A stretch of DNA of 64,000 nt from Candidatus Niyogibacteria bacterium (lineage in GTDB: Bacteria; Patescibacteriota; Minisyncoccia; HO2-45-28): NCBI GenBank assembly GCA_016181935.1, contig JACOYI010000005.1:595-64594 (forward strand), given 5' to 3'. The notes beneath the pieces are model-generated. The model saw only the letters and a program-made list of their open reading frames with translations. It searched no databases and was not told the origin of the DNA. How positions within the stretch are numbered: position 1 is the stretch's first letter; the number at the start of each line of letters is the position of its first letter. Positions 57,779 through 64,000 of this stretch are shown piece after piece. Position numbers and translations under genes: made by a program.

Positions 57779-58375
57779 TTAGAAACGCGCAAGAACGATA
57801 CCAATCGATTCTGTTTGAATGACGACATTGCCGAGGCCGCCAATGTTCATATCGATTTGCCGGTATGAGAAAATAATAGGTTTAACTTGGATTCCTATGC
57901 GGAAACCGTGAGCATTTCCGCTTGTCACACAGCCTTCTTCTTGATGCGCGACACCGCAAGCAGATGCCCAAATACCGCCGAGAAGCAATCCGACCGCGCT
58001 ATTAGGGCCGCCCACGATCCAGCGGATTCCTCCTTCAATGCCATTGATACTTGCAGATTTCCATTTTCGACCATCAGGCGTTGTCAGATCATTTTCAAAC
58101 CGGACGCCCATACCGATATAACCGATCGTGATTGCTAGACGATCATCGACAAAAGGCGGGGATGAAAATCCAAGCGCAACTCCTTCCGGCTCCGTGCCGC
58201 TTTTTCCATGGCCTTCCTGTCGGGTTTGGCTCGATGCGAAAAACTCGAGAGCCATGAAACCGTTGTCTGTTTTTTCAGTTGCCATTACGGGAAACGTAAA
58301 AAAGAAAAAATAGACGCCCACCACAAGAAGCATGAGCGATTTTTTCATGGAATTCCCCAGGATCGCATTTTTCAT
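57779..58375 (-). CDS. Hypothetical exported beta-rich protein
   Basis: Signal peptide, terminal F, AGGAG SD and minus-strand promoter. Confidence 0.65.
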   Translation of the reverse strand: MKNAILGNSMKKSLMLLVVGVYFFFFTFPVMATEKTDNGFMALEFFASSQTRQEGHGKSGTEPEGVALGFSSPPFVDDRLAITIGYIGMGVRFENDLTTPDGRKWKSASINGIEGGIRWIVGGPNSAVGLLLGGIWASACGVAHQEEGCVTSGNAHGFRIGIQVKPIIFSYRQIDMNIGGLGNVVIQTESIGIVLARF

Positions 58376-58478
58376 CCGAAGCTCCTTTTGAGAAGTTTTT
58401 TCAAGGTCGGTCTAAAGGTTCTATAGCACCTGCATTCCGCCTTGTCAAGCGCGCAGTAAAAACGTATACTGATTCCGA

Positions 58479-58551
58479 CCGCCCATAGCTCAAGTGGTAG
58501 AGCAGCTGCCTTTTAAGCAGTTGGTTGTAGGTTCGAGTCCTACTGGGCGGA
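58479..58551 (+). tRNA. tRNA-Lys(TTT)
   Basis: CCGCCCA/TGGGCGG acceptor; GCTGC-CT TTT AA-GCAGT. Confidence 0.95.
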
Positions 58552-58579
58552 CTGGTTGATTTATCAATTAAGTTTTTCA

Positions 58580-58752
58580 CCAGGACTCGAACCTTTGGGG
58601 TGGGGTCGGGAGGGAACGGTAGCGCCCTCCCGTGGAGGAAAACAGCGACGCCGAGCTTATCGAGACGGAGCGCAAGAAACCGAGGGTTTCTTGGGAGCGC
58701 GAAGCGCGACAGGTTCTAGGAGCGAAGCGACGGAGTCCTACTGGGCGGACCA
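58580..58752 (+). repeat. Structured element ending in a duplicate of the tRNA-Lys 3' end
   Basis: AGGACTCGAACCT (antisense to the T arm) at the start; AGGTTC-[16 nt]-GAGTCCTACTGGGCGGACCA at the end. Confidence 0.75.
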
Positions 58753-60515
58753 TGCAACAGTGCCAAAATTGCAAAACTGATTTCGGGATAGAGCCGGAGG
58801 ATTTTGAATTTTACGAAAAAATGAACGTTCCGCCGCCGACGTGGTGTCCGGAGTGCCGGATGGTGCGGCGGTTTTTGTTTCGCAACGAACGCGCGTTTTA
58901 TAAACGTACGTGCGGTTCATGCAAGAAAGACGTCGTTTCCGTTTTTGCTCCGGATGCAAAGCGCAACGTGTATTGCCACACCTGTTACCGGTCCGACACG
59001 CGAGACCCGTTTCGCTACGGCAAAGAGTTCGACTTTTCAAAGCCGTTTTTTGAGCAATTGCGGCAATTATGGGAGGACATTCCGGTTCCCGCGGTTTTTA
59101 CGGAAAATTGCGTTGACTCACCGTACACAAATCATACGCACGATAGCAAAAACAGCTATCTCATTTTTGGCGCTTCGGCCGTGGAGGATTCCGCGTATGG
59201 CGCCCGCCTTGCCAATATTCGGGATTCATTCGACGTGACCGCCGGAGGCAAACTTGAGCAATGTTATGAGGACATTTCATGCAACGAGTCGCAGAAACTT
59301 TTTTTGAGCGTCCGGAGCGAGAACTGTCTCAATTCCTATTTTCTGGAGGATTGCCGGAATGTGAGCGACAGTTTCGGGTGCGTGAATTTGCGGAATAAGC
59401 AATATCACATTTTCAACAAGCCGTATACGAAGGAGGATTACGAAAAAACGCTAGCGCAAATGAATATCGGGAGCCGCGCCGCGCTCGCCGAATTGCGGAG
59501 GAAGGTCAAAGAGTTTTCCCTGCGATTCCCGCGGTGGTTCGCGCATGTGGTGGGTAGCCAATCGGTGACGGGGGATAACATCGTCAATTCCAAGAATTGC
59601 CGGTTTTGCTTCAATGTGTACGGGAATCTGGAGGATTGCGCGTTTGCGATCAATGCCCTTGATTTGAAGGACGGGTACGATGGGTATGGATTTGGCGCCG
59701 GAGCCGAACTTTTGTATGAGGGGGCGGATTCCGGCGTGAACGCGGGGAACATGGCATTCACTCTTTTCGTACACAGTTCGCACCATGTCCGGTATTGTTT
59801 CAATTGTCACGGATCGTCGGATCTCTTCGGGTGTGTCGGGTTGCGTAGCCAGAAATACTGCATTTTGAACCGGCAATACACACAGGAACAGTATGACGAG
59901 CTTGTCGGAAAGATCGTCCAGCAGATGAATGAGCATCCATACACGGATGCGCAAGGGCGGATATTCCGGTACGGCGAATTTTTCCCGCCGGATTTCTCGA
60001 CCTTTGCCTACAACGAATCAGCCGCGCAGGAATATTTTCCGCTGACGCCAGAAGAGGCGCGCCGGAAAGGGTTTCGCTGGCGCGACCCAGCGGAAAAGAC
60101 GCATGCCATTACCATTCAGCCGGAAACGATACCGGACGCAATACGCGGGGTCCCGGATTCGATTCTGAAGGAAACACTTGGTTGTGCGCATCGGGGAACC
60201 TGCAACGACCAATGCACAAACGCGTTCCGCATCATCCCGATGGAGCTCGCATTTTACAAAAAAATGGATCTTCCTCTGCCGGATCTCTGCCCGAATTGCC
60301 GTCATTATCGGCGGCTCGCGCATCAAAATCCGTATCGATTATGGCATCGAAAATGCCACTGCGCGGGCGCGCATTCCTCGAACAGCGTCTATCAAAATCA
60401 AAGCGCTCATTTTCACGCCAGTGCGCCCTGTCCGAATGAGTTCGAAACCACCCATGTGCCCGAGCGTCCCGAGATCGTTTATTGCGAGCAGTGTTATCAG
60501 GCAGAGGTGGCGTAG
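58752..60515 (+). CDS. Cys-rich hypothetical protein (multiple CxxC, beta-helix-like repeats)
   Basis: CQNC, PTWCPECR, SDLFGCVGLR...YCILN and YCEQCY motifs. Confidence 0.85.
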   Translation: MQQCQNCKTDFGIEPEDFEFYEKMNVPPPTWCPECRMVRRFLFRNERAFYKRTCGSCKKDVVSVFAPDAKRNVYCHTCYRSDTRDPFRYGKEFDFSKPFFEQLRQLWEDIPVPAVFTENCVDSPYTNHTHDSKNSYLIFGASAVEDSAYGARLANIRDSFDVTAGGKLEQCYEDISCNESQKLFLSVRSENCLNSYFLEDCRNVSDSFGCVNLRNKQYHIFNKPYTKEDYEKTLAQMNIGSRAALAELRRKVKEFSLRFPRWFAHVVGSQSVTGDNIVNSKNCRFCFNVYGNLEDCAFAINALDLKDGYDGYGFGAGAELLYEGADSGVNAGNMAFTLFVHSSHHVRYCFNCHGSSDLFGCVGLRSQKYCILNRQYTQEQYDELVGKIVQQMNEHPYTDAQGRIFRYGEFFPPDFSTFAYNESAAQEYFPLTPEEARRKGFRWRDPAEKTHAITIQPETIPDAIRGVPDSILKETLGCAHRGTCNDQCTNAFRIIPMELAFYKKMDLPLPDLCPNCRHYRRLAHQNPYRLWHRKCHCAGAHSSNSVYQNQSAHFHASAPCPNEFETTHVPERPEIVYCEQCYQAEVA

Positions 60516-60566
60516 TTGGTGAGAATAAAAAAGAGCCCTAACGTATGTCGGGGCTCGTTCGCTTTT

Positions 60567-60806
60567 TTACCGCCAGTAGCAATGGTCTTCCAGCCATTCG
60601 CGACTTTCTTCATTCCACATATCATTGCCGTCCGCGGTTTCGTTGAATGCATCCTCGCCGCTTTCAGAGTCGTCAGTGTATTGCTCGCTGTACCCTTCCT
60701 GCGGATTCATAACGGGCGCGTAGCAGGGCGGAAGCCGGCTGGACGGCGACCGGGCTGCGCATGCCGACAGAAAAAAAAGAACGAAAAACGCGGCGAATAT
60801 TTTCAT
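60567..60806 (-). CDS. Small putative lipoprotein
   Basis: MKIFAAFFVLFFLSAC lipobox; GGAG SD. Confidence 0.6.
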   Translation of the reverse strand: MKIFAAFFVLFFLSACAARSPSSRLPPCYAPVMNPQEGYSEQYTDDSESGEDAFNETADGNDMWNEESREWLEDHCYWR

Positions 60807-60930
60807 GGCATCTCCCGCGAATACGAGTTCCATTTCCAGCATACGCGATGCAGTGTTATAAGCAGAGGTGACCTAGCAATAATTGTGGTTTGTGCTATTG
60901 TATGGCAAGATTTTTGACAGGAGAAACCGA

Positions 60931-61329
60931 ATGTACGCCAAGCCCGTTTCGGACGCAGTTTCCCGAATTGAGAATGCCCTGAAAAGATTTTTGGAGTCAA
61001 AAACTGTGGGCGCAATCGCGGAATCATGGAGGCATGATATGCCGGAAGTTTCCGCGCGCTGGAAAGGAGAGGACGGCATTGAGCGGAACATCGTATTTTT
61101 AGTGCACGCGGAAACTGTTGAACTCGAAGTTAACGCTTGGAAAGACGATCAAATCAACCGGAAACGGCATTGGGGAAATTTCCGCGTTGCGATTCTCACG
61201 CATCAATGTGATAACGCGAATTTTGATACCGCGCTCGCCGCCTTACTGGAATTCGCGTACAAAACGATTTCTACGGTTTCGATCGATCAATTAACGAAGG
61301 TCAGCGATCTTCCCTTGGCTACGAATTGA
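60931..61329 (+). CDS. Hypothetical protein
   Basis: AGGAG SD; ORF followed by a hairpin and T-run. Confidence 0.6.
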   Translation: MYAKPVSDAVSRIENALKRFLESKTVGAIAESWRHDMPEVSARWKGEDGIERNIVFLVHAETVELEVNAWKDDQINRKRHWGNFRVAILTHQCDNANFDTALAALLEFAYKTISTVSIDQLTKVSDLPLATN

Positions 61330-61359
61330 ACGACCATCCAATGCGGTGGTTGTTTTTTT

Positions 61360-61399
61360 GTACTATAAAACTTTGACGGCCGTCAAAGTTTTATAGTAC
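61360..61399. repeat. Perfect 40-bp palindrome with core GACGGCCGTC
   Basis: GTACTATAAAACTTTGACGG|CCGTCAAAGTTTTATAGTAC. Confidence 0.9.
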
Positions 61400-61522
61400 T
61401 TAGTTTCGAAAAGTGGAATTCCTATTCCAGCACAGGATAATTTGACAGAATAATAAAATTGTGCTATTTTGGATGATAACAAACCATCGTTTTTTGACAG
61501 CTTACTTCCGAAAGGAGACCCG

Positions 61523-62611
61523 ATGAATCCGCTTTCGATTTTGGGAACCGGAGCGTACGATGCGTTGCCGGTCATTGATAACGGGCCCCTCCTTGATGTG
61601 TTGGGGGTTCCGCTGGAAAAGCACGGCTGGCTTCCCGATGCAACGGGCATTACGGGACACCGGCTGAATTTTTGCTGTGCGACGGCTTCCAAATTGACGC
61701 GCGAAACGTCGTGGGATTACGCATTTGAGGCGGCGCGCCAGGCCCTGCAAAGCTCCGGCGTTTCTCCAAAAGAGATCGATCAAATCTGTTTGGCGACCTG
61801 CACTCCGCGCGTTCCGCATTTTACTGCGGATACGATCGCGCTTTGCGGGGCGCTCAAGCTCCGGCCGGATGTCGTGTGGAGCCAGTGGGACGGCGGTTGC
61901 GCGGCGCTCGCGAACGTTTTCCGCGAGGTCAAGGCGTACGCGAACGGGAATCCGAACTGGACGGCGCTGATCGTGGCGACCAACGATGTCAGCTCCTTTT
62001 TGGAGCGTAATCTGGAATTGTACCGGTATCGGCCCGCGCGCAAAGGAGAAAAAGATTGGGCGCGCGACGCGTGGAAATCGCCCGCGATCTTCGCGGATGG
62101 CGCTGCGGCGGCTGTTTTGGGGCCGGCAGACGATCGGCACTTTTTGACGACGACGCATTGCGCGCAGGATGGCGGCGAAACTCCGCTTGTCGCGCACGAC
62201 GGCGGCGGCGCCCTCTATCCGTCATGCGCAGAAACGCAGAGCCGCCACATCTATCTCATGTACACACGCGATATCGCGTTGCAGTTTCCGATCGCGATGG
62301 GCCGCGTTTTGTCCAACCTTTTTCACGCGCACAATCTTCCGCCGACGGAAGTCGGCCAACTTTTTCTGCATCAGGCCAACTTCCGGTTCGTTGAATCGTT
62401 CGCGGACGCACAGCAGATCCCGATGGCGCGGGTTCCCCATAGTGTCGACAAGATCGGCAATCTGGTGAGCGCGTCGACCTTGGATCTTTTAAATCGCGAA
62501 TTTCGGAGCGAAGAAGGGTTGCCGACGGACAAGCCGATCGCATTTGCGGTTGTCGGCGCCGGAATGGTGTGGGGCGGCGCGTTTTTCATGCCCGCCTCGG
62601 CTTCGCCTTAG
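61523..62611 (+). CDS. FabH/KAS III-family condensing enzyme
   Basis: GGCAA (Cys), FADGAAA, HQAN (His), GNLVSAS (Asn) and GAGMVWG motifs. Confidence 0.85.
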   Translation: MNPLSILGTGAYDALPVIDNGPLLDVLGVPLEKHGWLPDATGITGHRLNFCCATASKLTRETSWDYAFEAARQALQSSGVSPKEIDQICLATCTPRVPHFTADTIALCGALKLRPDVVWSQWDGGCAALANVFREVKAYANGNPNWTALIVATNDVSSFLERNLELYRYRPARKGEKDWARDAWKSPAIFADGAAAAVLGPADDRHFLTTTHCAQDGGETPLVAHDGGGALYPSCAETQSRHIYLMYTRDIALQFPIAMGRVLSNLFHAHNLPPTEVGQLFLHQANFRFVESFADAQQIPMARVPHSVDKIGNLVSASTLDLLNREFRSEEGLPTDKPIAFAVVGAGMVWGGAFFMPASASP

Positions 62612-62726
62612 CGAGACGGGCCCCTCGCCTAAATTCGGCGAGGCGTGGCCTCAATAATTCTTTGTCCGTTCAATGCGCCCGATGGTACGATACAAGTATC
62701 TCGGGCGTTTTTCTTTTTCATTCATT

Positions 62727-64000
62727 ATGGCCATTCAAGATCTTATTTTGCTCACGGTCGCGATGATGAATATCGTGCTGGGGTGGCTCGTGTTTTGGAA
62801 TAACCACCGCACCCCCGTGACGCGGTGGTTCGCGGTTTTTGCGTGGTCCTTGGCGCTGTGGGCGATGACGCTTGTTGGATTCCGGACAATTCCCGATGTC
62901 CGGCTCGCCGAAATTTTTCTGAAACTCGCGTACGCATCCGCTGTCGGAATTGCGGCATCTATAACGGCATTCGCGCATTATTTTCCGGACCGCAGCGCGC
63001 TCGGCCGGTTCAAGCGATGGCTTTTTATCGGGACCACCGCCGCGATCGCTGTGATCGCTCTTTTGCCGAATGTATTGATCACGCGCATCATCGAGGTCGG
63101 GCAGGTCCGCATCGGCGTTCAGGAATACATCGGCTACTCCGTATTCAGCATTTATTTTCTGGTTTACTTTTTCGGCGCGCTTTATTTTTTGTATCGTCGG
63201 TTCACGGGTGCGACGGGGGAAACGCGAACGAACATCGGTTACATTATCTGGAGTATTCTTACCGCCGGCGTTTTCGGCGTTATTTTTAATTTGATCCTGC
63301 CGTCGCCGTGGATCCAGGAATGGCGGTATACATGGATGGGGCCGCCGTTCACGGCGATCATTGTTGTTGCGGTCGCCTACGCGATTGCGAAGTATCGCCT
63401 GATGGATGTGCGGATTTTGGCCGCCGAACTTCTCACTATTACGATCGTTTTCCTGCTTTTCATCCAGAGTATTTTTTCGAGCGATGCGCGCGAGTTTTTC
63501 ACACGCATTATTTTCTTTTTGCTCGCCACGCTTTTCGGGGCGTTTCTCGTCCGGAGCGTTCGTCGCGAAGCCGAGCAAAAAGAGCGGCTCGAGCAATTGA
63601 CCAAAGAATTAGAAAGCGCGAATACGGAATTGAAAAAACTCGACCAATTAAAATCCGATTTTCTATCGTTCGCATCCCACCAGTTGCGCGGGCCGCTATC
63701 CGCCGTCAAGGGGTACGTTTCTATGATAACGGAGGGGACGTACGGCGCGATCACGCCGAAGATCGCGGACGTGCTGGGCCGCATCTACAAATCCAACGAG
63801 CAACTGATTCGGCTCGTGGATGATTTTTTGAATCTGGCGCGCATTGAGGAGGGGCGCATTGAGTATGCGTTCGCGCCCGTTTCTTTGGATGAATTGGTGG
63901 ACGACGTGGTGAGATCGCTCGCGGATAATGCCTTCAAAAAAGGCCTTGAATTGCGATGGGAACACCCGTCGCCGCCGTTGCCCGTTATCGTGGCGGACGC
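62727..64000 (+). CDS. Membrane sensor histidine kinase (runs off window end; not in ORF track)
   Basis: Multi-TM N-terminus followed by HisKA KSDFLSFASHQLRGPL...LVDDFLNLARIEEG. Confidence 0.85.
   Translation, partial: MAIQDLILLTVAMMNIVLGWLVFWNNHRTPVTRWFAVFAWSLALWAMTLVGFRTIPDVRLAEIFLKLAYASAVGIAASITAFAHYFPDRSALGRFKRWLFIGTTAAIAVIALLPNVLITRIIEVGQVRIGVQEYIGYSVFSIYFLVYFFGALYFLYRRFTGATGETRTNIGYIIWSILTAGVFGVIFNLILPSPWIQEWRYTWMGPPFTAIIVVAVAYAIAKYRLMDVRILAAELLTITIVFLLFIQSIFSSDAREFFTRIIFFLLATLFGAFLVRSVRREAEQKERLEQLTKELESANTELKKLDQLKSDFLSFASHQLRGPLSAVKGYVSMITEGTYGAITPKIADVLGRIYKSNEQLIRLVDDFLNLARIEEGRIEYAFAPVSLDELVDDVVRSLADNAFKKGLELRWEHPSPPLPVIVAD

Noticed and set aside
58552-58752. Integrated prophage or island at tRNA-Lys
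   Set aside because: The duplicated 3' ends are only about 200 nt apart with no integrase; reported instead as a small structured element.

Overview
The window is ~64 kb of a GC-rich bacterial chromosome. It most likely comes from a Patescibacteria/CPR (Parcubacteria-like) organism; this is inferred from the short EF-Ts, N-truncated RF1, short AlaRS, the FtsA-like + baseplate-J-like pair, a Cys-rich protein typical of CPR, and many apparently leaderless genes. The backbone covers sugar metabolism (tkt, pfkB, fba, gyaR-like), translation (rplY, prfA-like, rpmE, rpsB, tsf, rpmG, alaS, infA-rpmJ-rpsMKD-rpoA-rplQ-rplM-rpsI), a Suf/Fe-S/SOD cluster, proteostasis genes (htrA, clpB, lon, CIRCE-hrcA-grpE-dnaK-dnaJ), mnmA, mltG and several tRNAs. 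Five observations stand out. (1) A tRNA-Thr gene is split in its anticodon loop by a 123-nt self-pairing insert that contains a second complete tRNA-Thr(UGU). (2) A family of four dispersed ~150-185-nt three-way-junction elements shows clear covariation. (3) A 2.9-kb IS1595-family element with 25-bp TIRs and an 8-bp TSD carries an EcoRI-like R-M pair and is inserted into a probable DGR-target-like gene. (4) Other small structured or mobile elements include in-frame palindromes and heptamer repeats inside proteins, a 68-bp MITE-like pair, a tRNA-3'-duplicating element and perfect palindromes sharing a core. (5) A toxin-antitoxin module is flanked by a duplicated dnaJ start. No CRISPR array, rRNA or reverse transcriptase was seen. 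All calls are by eye; no database search was run.
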